Below, piece by piece: positions 20,649 to 29,314 of a stretch of DNA of 64,000 bases. The notes under the pieces are model-generated. The model saw only the letters and a program-made list of their open reading frames with translations, was not told the origin of the DNA and searched no databases. Position 1 is the first letter of the stretch. Each line of letters begins with the position of its first letter. Source of the stretch: Mycobacteriales bacterium (GTDB taxonomy: Bacteria; Actinomycetota; Actinomycetes; JAFAQI01); NCBI GenBank assembly GCA_035695045.1, contig DASSEX010000017.1, positions 3,346-67,345 of the forward strand, read 5' to 3'. The translations under genes were made by a program, and so were the position numbers.

Positions 20649-22349
20649 ATGTCGCTCGCAGGGCACGAGAACGACTCGGTCGTCGCGCGCAACACCAGCT
20701 GGGGCGGCTCGTCCAACACCAGCTGGGGCGGCTCGTCCAACACCAGCTGGGGCGGCTCGAGCAACACCAGCTGGGGCGGTTCGAGCAACACGAGCTGGGG
20801 TGGGGGTCGCGGCCGTGCCGCGATGACCGCGCTGGCCGTCGTGCTCCCGCTGCTGGCGGTGCTGCCGTTCGCACGCCCTGCCCACACCGAGCGTGTGGTG
20901 GTCGTCGGTGCGCACGCGAGCCAGGCCCTCCACAGCGTCGGCGCGTCCAACGTCTCGCTGCTTACCGACGGCGTCGCCGTCGGCCGCACCAGCACCTCTG
21001 CGAGCGCCTCGCTGCGTGCCAGCGGTTACCGCGTTGCGGCGGACACCCCCGTCCACCTCGACGCAGTTCCCGCGCCGCAGATGAGCAGCGGCGGGCGCTA
21101 CAACGTCCGTGAGCTCGCCAATGCGACCTTCCTCGGCGGCGGCTACGGCCAGACCATCGCCGTGCTCGACTCGGGCGTCAACGCGGTGCCCGGTCTCGCC
21201 GGCCGGGTCATCCAGGGCGCCGACTTCACCGGCACCACGATGAACGACGACTACGGTCACGGCACGTTCGTGGCCTCGCTCGCCGCCGGCAACGGCCGCG
21301 CAGCTGACGGGACCTACACCGGCATCCAGGGCGTGGCGCCGTACGCGCGCATCGTCTCGGTGAAGGTCGCCGACGGCTACGGCCGCAGCAGCGTCAGTCG
21401 CGTCGTCGCCGGTCTCGCCTGGGTCCTGCAGCATCGTGTGCAGTACGGCATCACGGTCGTCAACCTCTCGCTGTCCGAGGCGACCGCGAGCAGCTACCTC
21501 ACCGACCCGGTCGACGCGCTCGCCGAGGCGGCGTACTTCTCGGGCATGACGGTCGTGGCGAGCGCCGGCAACGACGGCTCCGACCACACCGTCACGGCAG
21601 CACCCGGCAACGACCCGTTCGTCCTGACGGTCGGCGCGGTCGTGGATGCCAACACCCTCAGCAAGGACGACGACACGCTCGCGCCGTACAGCAACAACGG
21701 ATCGACGCCGGACGGCTACGCCAAGCCGGAGATCTCCACCTTCGGCACCCACGTGCAGGCCGCTCTGCCTGACGGCTCCTACCTCGCCGGCAAGCAGGAC
21801 GCCACGATTGCGTCGAGCCTCCCCGCCGGCTACGGCCAGATGTCCGGCACGTCGATGTCGAGCGGCGTGGCCGCCGGCGCCGCGGCAATTCTGCGCTCGC
21901 TCCACCCCTCGTGGACGCCGGCCCAGGTCAAGGGCACGATGGCCGCGACCAGCACCGGGGCGATGCACGAGCTGCGCCTGATGACGGCGGCGATGAGCGC
22001 GCCGACGACCGCGAACGTCGGAGTCCCCCCGTCGCTCGCACTGGCCGTCGCGTACGCCCAGAAGGTGCTCAACACGACCGCCTACAACACGGTCGTCTGG
22101 AGCAACGTGGTCTGGAGCGACGTCGTGTGGAGCGACGTCGTGTGGAGCGACGTGGTCTGGAGCGACGTGGCCGGCGCCGTCGGCACCGCGGCCACCTGGA
22201 GCGACGCGACGTGGAGCAACGCGACGTGGAGCAACGCGGTCTGGAGCGACGCGGTCTGGAGCGACGCGACGTGGAGCGACGCGATCTGGAGCACCGGGGT
22301 CTCGACCAACGCGACCTGGAGCGACGGCCAGTCGCGCTCCTTCGACTGA
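20649..22349 (+). CDS. Subtilisin-like serine protease (peptidase S8) with N-terminal octapeptide and C-terminal pentapeptide Trp/Ser repeats
   Basis: Catalytic triad motifs AVLDSGV (Asp), HGTFVAS (His) and GTSMSSG (Ser). Hydrophobic signal/anchor ALAVVLPLLAVLPFA. G-rich SD-like run before ATG 20649. An alternative start at ATG 20823 would exclude the N-terminal repeats. Confidence 0.85.
   Translation: MSLAGHENDSVVARNTSWGGSSNTSWGGSSNTSWGGSSNTSWGGSSNTSWGGGRGRAAMTALAVVLPLLAVLPFARPAHTERVVVVGAHASQALHSVGASNVSLLTDGVAVGRTSTSASASLRASGYRVAADTPVHLDAVPAPQMSSGGRYNVRELANATFLGGGYGQTIAVLDSGVNAVPGLAGRVIQGADFTGTTMNDDYGHGTFVASLAAGNGRAADGTYTGIQGVAPYARIVSVKVADGYGRSSVSRVVAGLAWVLQHRVQYGITVVNLSLSEATASSYLTDPVDALAEAAYFSGMTVVASAGNDGSDHTVTAAPGNDPFVLTVGAVVDANTLSKDDDTLAPYSNNGSTPDGYAKPEISTFGTHVQAALPDGSYLAGKQDATIASSLPAGYGQMSGTSMSSGVAAGAAAILRSLHPSWTPAQVKGTMAATSTGAMHELRLMTAAMSAPTTANVGVPPSLALAVAYAQKVLNTTAYNTVVWSNVVWSDVVWSDVVWSDVVWSDVAGAVGTAATWSDATWSNATWSNAVWSDAVWSDATWSDAIWSTGVSTNATWSDGQSRSFD
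20691..20806 (+). repeat. 24-bp tandem repeat, about 4.8 copies, in frame (NTSWGGSS x5)
   Basis: Units start at 20691, 20715, 20739, 20763 and 20787. Units 1 and 2 are identical (AACACCAGCTGGGGCGGCTCGTCC). Units 3 and 4 differ at 3-4 positions. Unit 5 is truncated and diverged. Confidence 0.9.
22092..22326 (+). repeat. 15-bp tandem repeat tract encoding x-x-W-S-[DN] pentapeptides (13 Trp at 5-residue spacing, two blocks)
   Basis: Block 1 (22092-22166) encodes VVWSN VVWSD VVWSD VVWSD VVWSD. The spacer is VAGAVGTAA. Block 2 starts at 22194 and encodes TWSDA TWSNA TWSNA VWSDA VWSDA TWSDA IWSTG VSTNA TWSDG. The tract ends 8 codons before the stop. Confidence 0.9.
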
Positions 22350-22377
22350 CGACGGGGACAACGGGGGCCATCTCACG

Positions 22378-25248
22378 ATGAGCGACTTCAGTCGCGGCAC
22401 CGGACTACGACCTGCCGCCATCAACCAGTTTCACGAGCTTTCGCCGTGGGCCGCGACGTACATCGTCGCGGTCGCGGCGTTGGCCGGTTTCGCGACCTAT
22501 CTCGGCTCCGGCGTCAGCTACCTGTCGCCCGGCAGCATCGGTCTGACGATCGGGCTGGCCGTCGCGGCCACGGTCGCCCAGCTCTCCGAGGTGCGCACCG
22601 CGAACAACAAGGCGTACGTCGCCACGATCTCCTTCTTCATGGCGGCGTCGATCCTGCTCCCGCCGGTCGACATGGCGATCACGGTGGCGCTCGTCTTCAC
22701 CGTGGAGTTCTTCGTCAAGCGCAAGAAGCTCTACATCGCCATCTTCAACGTCGGCTCCAACGTGCTGTGCGCACTGGCGGCGTACGCCGCGTTCAACGCG
22801 GTGACCGGCACCTCCGGTGTCACCCCGTTGGGCGACGGCGTCCTGCCGGCGGCCGGCTCGCTCGCCGCGGTCGCGGTCTACCTCGTCCTCAACCACTCGA
22901 CCCTGACCCTGGTCCTGAAGCTCGCGCGCGGAGTGCCGCTGCGTGACACCGGCCTGTTCCGTCGCGACAGCGTCGTCACCGACCTGGGCCTGCTGGCGCT
23001 CGGTGTCGTCATCGCCGGGCTCTGGTCGCTCGGTCCGGTGCTCGTCGCGTTCGTGGCGATCCCCTTGGTTCTGCTTCAGCGCGCGCTGCACTTCCCGATG
23101 CTCCGCCACGCGAGCCGGACGGACCCGAAGACCGGCCTTGCCAACGCCGCGTGGTTCCTCGAGCAGTCCGAGCACGAGCTGCAGCGGGCGGTCCGGCTGG
23201 AGACGACGCTGTCGGTGCTCGTCGCCGACCTGGACCTGCTGCGCAACATCAACAACGCCTACGGCCACCTGGCCGGAGACGTCGTCCTCAAGGGCGTCGC
23301 GGACGTCCTGCGCAACGAGGTGCGGACCTACGACATCGCGTCGCGTTTCGGCGGCGAGGAGTTCGCACTGCTCCTGCCCGCGGCGGATGTCCACGAGGCA
23401 CTCGCCCTCGCCGAACGAATCCGCAGCCGCGTCGGCCGTGAGCGCTTCGCGATCCCGACGTCCGTGGACCCCATCACGGTGACGATCTCGGTGGGCGTCG
23501 CAACGCTCGGCGAGCACGGATCGACCATCAAGGAACTGCTGCACGCCGCCGACCTCGCGCTCTACCGCGCGAAGGTCGAGGGCCGCGACCGGGTCCGGGT
23601 CGCCAGCGCCGAGGACGACGAGCAGGTCGCGCCGGCAGCAGTCGCTGCGCTGCAGCAGGACCGACCGGTGGCACCGGTGCAGAAGCTGTTCACCGAGCGG
23701 CCGGCCGCCCCGGCCCCGACCGGCGCAGCGTCGCAGGTGACCGTCCCGTCGCCACGCCCACAGGCAGATCTGCCATCTGCCCCGGCGGTTCCGCAGGCGC
23801 CGGACTCCGAGCCGGTCGCGACGGACAAGGACCCGGCACCGCAGGGCGCTGTGCGGCCGACCTGGCCGCTCACCCTCGTGGTGATGATCGCCGCAACCAT
23901 CGCCGCGGGCCTCGCGGTGTGGTACCGGCCGCACGTCTCCACCGCATCGCTGATCTTCCCACTTCTCGCGCTGGTCGCAGAGACCCTGCGCGAGGACGTG
24001 TACGGCACCAGCACGATCTCGCTGTCCGCCGTGCCTGTTCTCGGAGCGGTCGCAGCCGGGCGTCCGATCGCGGCGATCATCGCCGCGGCTTGCTGCGGCA
24101 TCACCAGCACCTACTCCGGGGGCATGCGCCGTCGCGTCGAGCCCTACCTGTTCAACACCGCGACGTTCGTCTTCAGCGCGAGCATCGCGTCGGCGATCCG
24201 GCTGCTCGTGTCGCACCACACCCGGATGCCCACCGGCCTGCTCATCCTCGTCATGGAGGCGGCGGCACTCTCGTACTTCATCATCGACAACGGGCTGGTC
24301 GCGCAGATCATCGCGCGCGACACCGGCCGCAACACCGTCGAGGTCTTTCGTCGGGACTTCGCATGGCTGGCCCCGCACTTCGCGGCCTATGGCCTGCTCG
24401 CCGCACTTCTCGGCGCCGCATGGGAGGCCTTCGGCCCGTGGGGCCTCGCCGTCTTCCTGCTGCCTGTCGCTCTGATGCGCGTCTCGCAGCGTCAGTACCT
24501 CGCCAAGACGACCGGCCACGTGGCCGAGCTGCGGCGGCTCGCCGACGACCTCAGCGCCTCCAAGGGCGAGGTCGAGCAGATCAACTCGGCGCTCGCGGTC
24601 GCACTGCACACGGTCTCTGACGCGCACAAGGCGACCGCGACGGCGCTCGCGGGTGCGATCGATGCTCGTGATGCCATCACCGGCGGCCACATCGAGCGGG
24701 TCTCCGCTCTGGGCATCGCACTGTGCGAGGTCGTCGACCCTGCACTCGCCGCGGACCCACAGGTTGCCTTCGGCTTCCTGCTGCACGACGTCGGCAAGAT
24801 CGGCGTCCCGGACTCGGTACTCCTCAAGCCCGGCCCGCTCGACCTGCAAGAGGTCGAGATCATGCGCAACCACCCCGAGATCGGCGAGCGGCTCGTCGCC
24901 GCAGCAGGCTTCGCTCCGGTCGCCCGCGAAATCGTCATCACGCACCACGAGCGGTGGGACGGCATGGGGTACCCGCGCGGCCTGCGCGGCACCGAGATCC
25001 CGCTGTGCTCACGCTTGTTCTCGATCGCCGACGCGATGGACGCCATGGTCAGCGACCGGCCGTACCGCAAGGGCATGCCACTCGACGAGGCCATCGCCGA
25101 GGTGCAGCGCCACGCCGGGACGCAGTTCGACCCGATGGCCGTCGAGGCGATGCTGACGCTCGACGAGCAGCGGTTGATCGAGCTGCTCAAGCTGGACGGG
25201 AAGCCGCGTCACGGAAGCACGCCGCAGCTGCGGGTTGTCGGCGGCTGA
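22378..25248 (+). CDS. Integral-membrane c-di-GMP turnover protein: TM module 1 - GGDEF (with I-site) - linker - TM module 2 - HD-GYP
   Basis: 956 aa. GGDEF domain with RTYD-x5-GGEEF (I-site plus active-site motif). HD-GYP domain with HDVGKIGVP and HHERWDGMGYPRGL. There are two multi-TM regions, each containing an FRRD motif. The gene starts 28 nt after the S8 gene on the same strand. Confidence 0.85.
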   Translation: MSDFSRGTGLRPAAINQFHELSPWAATYIVAVAALAGFATYLGSGVSYLSPGSIGLTIGLAVAATVAQLSEVRTANNKAYVATISFFMAASILLPPVDMAITVALVFTVEFFVKRKKLYIAIFNVGSNVLCALAAYAAFNAVTGTSGVTPLGDGVLPAAGSLAAVAVYLVLNHSTLTLVLKLARGVPLRDTGLFRRDSVVTDLGLLALGVVIAGLWSLGPVLVAFVAIPLVLLQRALHFPMLRHASRTDPKTGLANAAWFLEQSEHELQRAVRLETTLSVLVADLDLLRNINNAYGHLAGDVVLKGVADVLRNEVRTYDIASRFGGEEFALLLPAADVHEALALAERIRSRVGRERFAIPTSVDPITVTISVGVATLGEHGSTIKELLHAADLALYRAKVEGRDRVRVASAEDDEQVAPAAVAALQQDRPVAPVQKLFTERPAAPAPTGAASQVTVPSPRPQADLPSAPAVPQAPDSEPVATDKDPAPQGAVRPTWPLTLVVMIAATIAAGLAVWYRPHVSTASLIFPLLALVAETLREDVYGTSTISLSAVPVLGAVAAGRPIAAIIAAACCGITSTYSGGMRRRVEPYLFNTATFVFSASIASAIRLLVSHHTRMPTGLLILVMEAAALSYFIIDNGLVAQIIARDTGRNTVEVFRRDFAWLAPHFAAYGLLAALLGAAWEAFGPWGLAVFLLPVALMRVSQRQYLAKTTGHVAELRRLADDLSASKGEVEQINSALAVALHTVSDAHKATATALAGAIDARDAITGGHIERVSALGIALCEVVDPALAADPQVAFGFLLHDVGKIGVPDSVLLKPGPLDLQEVEIMRNHPEIGERLVAAAGFAPVAREIVITHHERWDGMGYPRGLRGTEIPLCSRLFSIADAMDAMVSDRPYRKGMPLDEAIAEVQRHAGTQFDPMAVEAMLTLDEQRLIELLKLDGKPRHGSTPQLRVVGG

Positions 25249-25249
25249 C

Positions 25250-25279
25250 GGGCTGACCCCTCCCCTGCGGGCTCAGCCC
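25250..25279. terminator. GC-rich hairpin between convergent genes
   Basis: GGGCTGA(CCC)...(GGG)C-TCAGCCC. The right arm contains the yebC stop codon (25273-25275). The hairpin begins 2 nt after the GGDEF/HD-GYP stop. Confidence 0.4.
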
Positions 25280-26028
25280 GACAATGCTTCCAGGACCTCG
25301 TCGCTGATGTCGAAGTTGGCCCACACGTTCTGCACGTCGTCACTGTCCTCGAGTGCGTCGACGAGCCGGAGCACCTTACGACCGGTCTCGTCGTCGAGGG
25401 GCACGGAGACGGACGGCAGGAACGACATGTCAGCCGACTCGACGGCGATCGACGCCGACTCGAGGGCGAGGCGCACCGCGTGGGCGTCGGTCGCCTCGCA
25501 GATGACCTCGAACGCCTCGCCGAGGTCGTTGACCTCTTCGGCGCCGGCATCGAGCACCGCGGTCAGAACGTCGTCCTCCGAGAGCTCGCCCGCCTTCGGG
25601 ACGAGGACGACGCCCTTGCGCGTGAAGAGATAGGCGACAGAGCCCGGGTCGGCGAGTGAGCCGCCGTTGCGTGTGAAGGCCGTGCGAACCTCCGAGGCCG
25701 CCCGGTTGCGGTTGTCGGTCAGGCACTCGACGAGCACGGCAACGCCGCCGGGCCCGTAACCCTCGTACATGATCGACTCGTAGTCGGCGCCACCTGCGTC
25801 GAGACCGGCACCCCGGCGCACCGCGCGGTCGATGTTGTCGTTGGGGACCGAGTTGCTCTTCGCCTTCTGGATGGCGTCGGCGAGCGTGGGGTTGCCCGCC
25901 GGGTCTCCCCCGCCCGTGCGAGCTGCGACCTCGACGTTCTTGATGAGCTTGGCGAACAGCTTGCCGCGGCGGGCATCGACGACGGCCTTCTTGTGCTTGG
26001 TCGTCGCCCACTTGGAATGGCCGCTCAC
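25273..26028 (-). CDS. yebC: YebC/PmpR family DNA-binding transcriptional regulator
   Basis: 251 aa. N-terminus [28 protein letters not shown] is diagnostic for the family. Confidence 0.9.
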   Translation of the reverse strand: MSGHSKWATTKHKKAVVDARRGKLFAKLIKNVEVAARTGGGDPAGNPTLADAIQKAKSNSVPNDNIDRAVRRGAGLDAGGADYESIMYEGYGPGGVAVLVECLTDNRNRAASEVRTAFTRNGGSLADPGSVAYLFTRKGVVLVPKAGELSEDDVLTAVLDAGAEEVNDLGEAFEVICEATDAHAVRLALESASIAVESADMSFLPSVSVPLDDETGRKVLRLVDALEDSDDVQNVWANFDISDEVLEALSG

Positions 26029-26627
26029 ACGCGCTCCTTCACCATCGTCACGAACAGCTCGTGCACGCGCGGGTCACCGGTGAGCTCGGGATGGAAGGCC
26101 GTCGCCAGCAGCGGCCCTTGCCGCACCGCGACGATTCTACCGGCGGCAGCGCCCGTGGTGACCGAGGCGAGCGGCTCCACGGCCGGCCCGGCCGCCTCGA
26201 CCCATGGCGCCCGGATGAACACGGCATGGAACGACGAACCGTCCGGCTGCCAGCCGAGATCCGCCTCGAACGAGTCGACCTGACGGCCGAACGCGTTGCG
26301 CCGCACGGTCATGTCGATGCCGCCGACGCCGACCTGGTCGGCGGTTCCGTCGAGGACCCGGTCGGCGAGCAGGATCATGCCGGCACAGGAGCCGTACGCC
26401 GGCATGCCGTCCCTGATCTGCTTCTGCAGTGGTTCGAGCAGGTCGAAGGTGACGAGCAGCTTGCCGATGGTCGTGGACTCACCGCCGGGGATGACGACGC
26501 CGTCGACCCGGTCGAGCTCCTCGGGGCGGCGTACTCGGGACGCGTCGGCGCCGCAGGACTCGAGAACGGCGACGTGCTCCCGCACGTCCCCCTGCAGCGC
26601 GAGCACCCCGATGGTTGGGGTGGTCAT
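26025..26627 (-). CDS. pdxT: Pyridoxal 5'-phosphate synthase glutaminase subunit PdxT
   Basis: 200 aa with [13 protein letters not shown], the catalytic Cys in [10 protein letters not shown], and FHPELT. Overlaps the yebC start. Confidence 0.95.
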   Translation of the reverse strand: MTTPTIGVLALQGDVREHVAVLESCGADASRVRRPEELDRVDGVVIPGGESTTIGKLLVTFDLLEPLQKQIRDGMPAYGSCAGMILLADRVLDGTADQVGVGGIDMTVRRNAFGRQVDSFEADLGWQPDGSSFHAVFIRAPWVEAAGPAVEPLASVTTGAAAGRIVAVRQGPLLATAFHPELTGDPRVHELFVTMVKERV

Positions 26628-26630
26628 GCG

Positions 26631-27566
26631 CTACCAGCCGCGTTCGGCGAGTCTGTGGGAGACGGGGAGCGAGTCGACGGTGATGCCGACCATGGCCTCG
26701 CCGAGACCGCGCGAGACCTTGGCGACGACATCGGCGTCGTCGTACATCGTCGTCGCCTCGACGATCGCGCGGGCGCGTTTCGCCGGGTCACCCGACTTGA
26801 AGATGCCGCTGCCGACGAACACGCCTTCGGCTCCGAGCTGCATCATCATCGCGGCGTCGGCCGGGGTCGCGATCCCGCCGGCAGTGAAGAGGACGACGGG
26901 TAGCTTGCCGGCCTCCGCGACCTCGCGGACGAGCTCGTGCGGTGCCTGCAGCTCCTTCGCCGCGACGTAGAGCTCATCGGCCGACATCGAGCGCAGCCGG
27001 TTGAGCTCGCCGCGGATCGACCGCATGTGCGTCACAGCGTTGGACACGTCGCCGGTGCCGGCCTCGCCCTTCGACCGGATCATCGCGGCGCCCTCGTTGA
27101 TGCGGCGCAACGCCTCGCCGAGGTTGGTCGCACCGCAGACGAACGGCACGGTGAACTGCCACTTGTCGATGTGATGCGCGTAGTCGGCGGGAGTCAGCAC
27201 CTCGGACTCGTCGATGTAGTCGACACCGAGCGCCTGCAGCACCTGCGCCTCGACGAAGTGGCCGATGCGCGCCTTGGCCATCACCGGGATCGAGACGGCG
27301 CTGATGATGCCCTCGATCATGTCGGGGTCGCTCATGCGCGAGACCCCGCCCTCGGCGCGGATGTCCGCAGGAACGCGCTCGAGCGCCATGACCGCGACGG
27401 CGCCGGCGTCCTCGGCGATCTTCGCCTGCTCCGGCGTGACGACGTCCATGATGACGCCGCCCTTGAGCATCTCGGCCATGCCGCGCTTCACTCGCGCGGT
27501 CCCCGACTGCGGAGACGTCTCGCTGTTGGCGGTCACGACACCCTTCCTCACATTCGGCGCGTCCAA
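26631..27566 (-). CDS. pdxS: Pyridoxal 5'-phosphate synthase lyase subunit PdxS
   Basis: 311 aa with [27 protein letters not shown] and GEAGTGDV. The start may be slightly downstream. Confidence 0.95.
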   Translation of the reverse strand: MDAPNVRKGVVTANSETSPQSGTARVKRGMAEMLKGGVIMDVVTPEQAKIAEDAGAVAVMALERVPADIRAEGGVSRMSDPDMIEGIISAVSIPVMAKARIGHFVEAQVLQALGVDYIDESEVLTPADYAHHIDKWQFTVPFVCGATNLGEALRRINEGAAMIRSKGEAGTGDVSNAVTHMRSIRGELNRLRSMSADELYVAAKELQAPHELVREVAEAGKLPVVLFTAGGIATPADAAMMMQLGAEGVFVGSGIFKSGDPAKRARAIVEATTMYDDADVVAKVSRGLGEAMVGITVDSLPVSHRLAERGW

Positions 27567-27616
27567 CTCTACGCTCGCGGAGCTGGTCCCTACCGGGAAT
27601 TTCCGGCGGGACGGGG

Positions 27617-28141
27617 TTACTCTCCCGACGACACCGAGGCCGGAGTTCCGGACATCGCGGGCTCGACCATCTCGAAGTACGACGGCAACGCGGCGCGCCC
27701 CGCGAGACGCAGGTAACGCACCACCCGCCGGCGGCGTACGACGAGCACGTCACGGACCGCGTCGTTGTGGAACCGGCGGGCGAAGGATGCGCGGGTCGCG
27801 GCGTCAGCCACCGCGTAACCACCGCCGGTCAGCGCAAGCTCGCCGTCGGTCGCCGTCAACACACGCGACAGCTCGTTCTCCGCGCTCTCCCGGTCATGAC
27901 CCAGCCCGGAGACACCCGCGACGGCAGCTGCCGCGCGCTCCAGCTCGGCCGCCACAGTGGGCGACGCGTGGCCCTCGGCGACGAACTTCGTCACGGCCTC
28001 CCCGCGCGCCCGCAGCTGTGCGTCGAGAGCCGCCGCGGCGGCGTCGACACGTGCATGCAGACGGTCGAGCCGTTTCGCGGTCCACGACGCGTAGATCAAG
28101 AGCAGGAAGGCGATCGCGCCGAGGACGATCGCGGTGACCAC
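27617..28141 (-). CDS. Hypothetical N-terminally anchored membrane protein (weak LemA-like pattern)
   Basis: 174 aa with one N-terminal TM followed by an Ala/Arg-rich helical region ([27 protein letters not shown]). High GC3. No family confirmed. Confidence 0.4.
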   Translation of the reverse strand: MVTAIVLGAIAFLLLIYASWTAKRLDRLHARVDAAAAALDAQLRARGEAVTKFVAEGHASPTVAAELERAAAAVAGVSGLGHDRESAENELSRVLTATDGELALTGGGYAVADAATRASFARRFHNDAVRDVLVVRRRRVVRYLRLAGRAALPSYFEMVEPAMSGTPASVSSGE

Positions 28142-28150
28142 GCGTCGACG

Positions 28151-29314
28151 TTACCTCTCGGGAAGTCCCACCACGCTCGTCTCGACGGGTTCGGGCTCCT
28201 CGACCACGCGGCCGGACGAGACGGAGATCGCGGTCTCGTAGACCCGCAGCACCTCACGTCCGACCACGGACCAGTCATACCGCGCGACGAGCCGTGTGCC
28301 CGACGCGCGCAACGCGTCACGACGTGCGGGTGACGCGAGCAGCTGGGAGCATGCATGCGCAAGCGACTCCGGGTCACTGACCGTCGCGACGACGCCGGCA
28401 GGACCGTCGCCCTCGCCGCTCTCCAGGACCCGACGGAACGCGTCGAGGTCGCTCGCGACGATGGGCGTGCCCGCCGCCATCGCCTCGAGCAGGATGATGC
28501 CGAAGCTCTCGCCGCCCGTGTTCGGTGCGACGAAGACGTCCACCGAGCGGTAGACACTCGCCTTGCGCCCTTCGTCGACCTGGCCGAGGACGGTCACTCG
28601 AGGATCGACGTCACCTTCCAGGTCGCCGGGACCGGCGACGAGCAGGCGCAGCTGCGGATACGAACGCCAGAGGAGCGGCATCGCGTCGAGGAGTACCTGG
28701 AGCCCTTTGCGCGGTTCGTCGATGCGCCCGACGAAACCGAGTGCACCGCCCTCCCCCGGCCAGCCGTCGAGCGGCCGCGCGGCGGCGTACCGCTCCACGT
28801 GCACGCCATTCGGGATGACGACGGCATCGCCGCCGAGGTGCTCGACGATCGTCTTCCGCGCGGCGGGAGACACGGCGATCCGCCCCGCGAGCTTCTCCAG
28901 CTGGACCTGCAGCGGCGACTGGAGCAACGCGAGGATGCGCGACCGCGGGTTGGCCGCGTGAAAGGTCGCGACGATCGGCCCGCGCGCGTTCATCAGGGCA
29001 AGCAGCGAGAGCGACAACGTCTCGGGTGAGTGCAGGTGCAGCACGTCGAAGTCGCCCTCGGCCAGCCACCGCCGGACCCGAGCCGCGGACACCGGCCCGA
29101 AGACCAGTCGCGACACTGACCCGTTGAACGGCACCGGAACGCTTCGACCCGCCCGCGTGACCCAGCCGGGCAGTGGGACGTCGTCGTCATCGACGGGCGC
29201 GATGACCGAGACCTCGTGCCCGAAGCCAATGAGCGTCTCCGCCAGATCACGGATGTGCGCGACCACCCCTCCCGGGACGTCCCAGGGGTACGGCGACACG
29301 AGGCCGATCCTCAT
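28151..29314 (-). CDS. pimA: GT4 glycosyltransferase, phosphatidylinositol mannosyltransferase PimA-like
   Basis: 387 aa. N-terminus MRIGLVSPYPWDVPGGVVAHIRDL and the GT-B C-terminal E-x7-E region (GESFGIILLEAMAAGTPIVASD). Conserved position next to the PIM acyltransferase and pgsA. Confidence 0.85.
   Translation of the reverse strand: MRIGLVSPYPWDVPGGVVAHIRDLAETLIGFGHEVSVIAPVDDDDVPLPGWVTRAGRSVPVPFNGSVSRLVFGPVSAARVRRWLAEGDFDVLHLHSPETLSLSLLALMNARGPIVATFHAANPRSRILALLQSPLQVQLEKLAGRIAVSPAARKTIVEHLGGDAVVIPNGVHVERYAAARPLDGWPGEGGALGFVGRIDEPRKGLQVLLDAMPLLWRSYPQLRLLVAGPGDLEGDVDPRVTVLGQVDEGRKASVYRSVDVFVAPNTGGESFGIILLEAMAAGTPIVASDLDAFRRVLESGEGDGPAGVVATVSDPESLAHACSQLLASPARRDALRASGTRLVARYDWSVVGREVLRVYETAISVSSGRVVEEPEPVETSVVGLPER

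Noticed and set aside
20691-22326. The tandem repeats at 20691-20806 and 22092-22326 could be read as a CRISPR-like array.
   Set aside because: The units are contiguous with no unique spacers. They are 24 and 15 bp long (multiples of 3) and lie in frame inside a protease ORF. No cas genes are present in the window.
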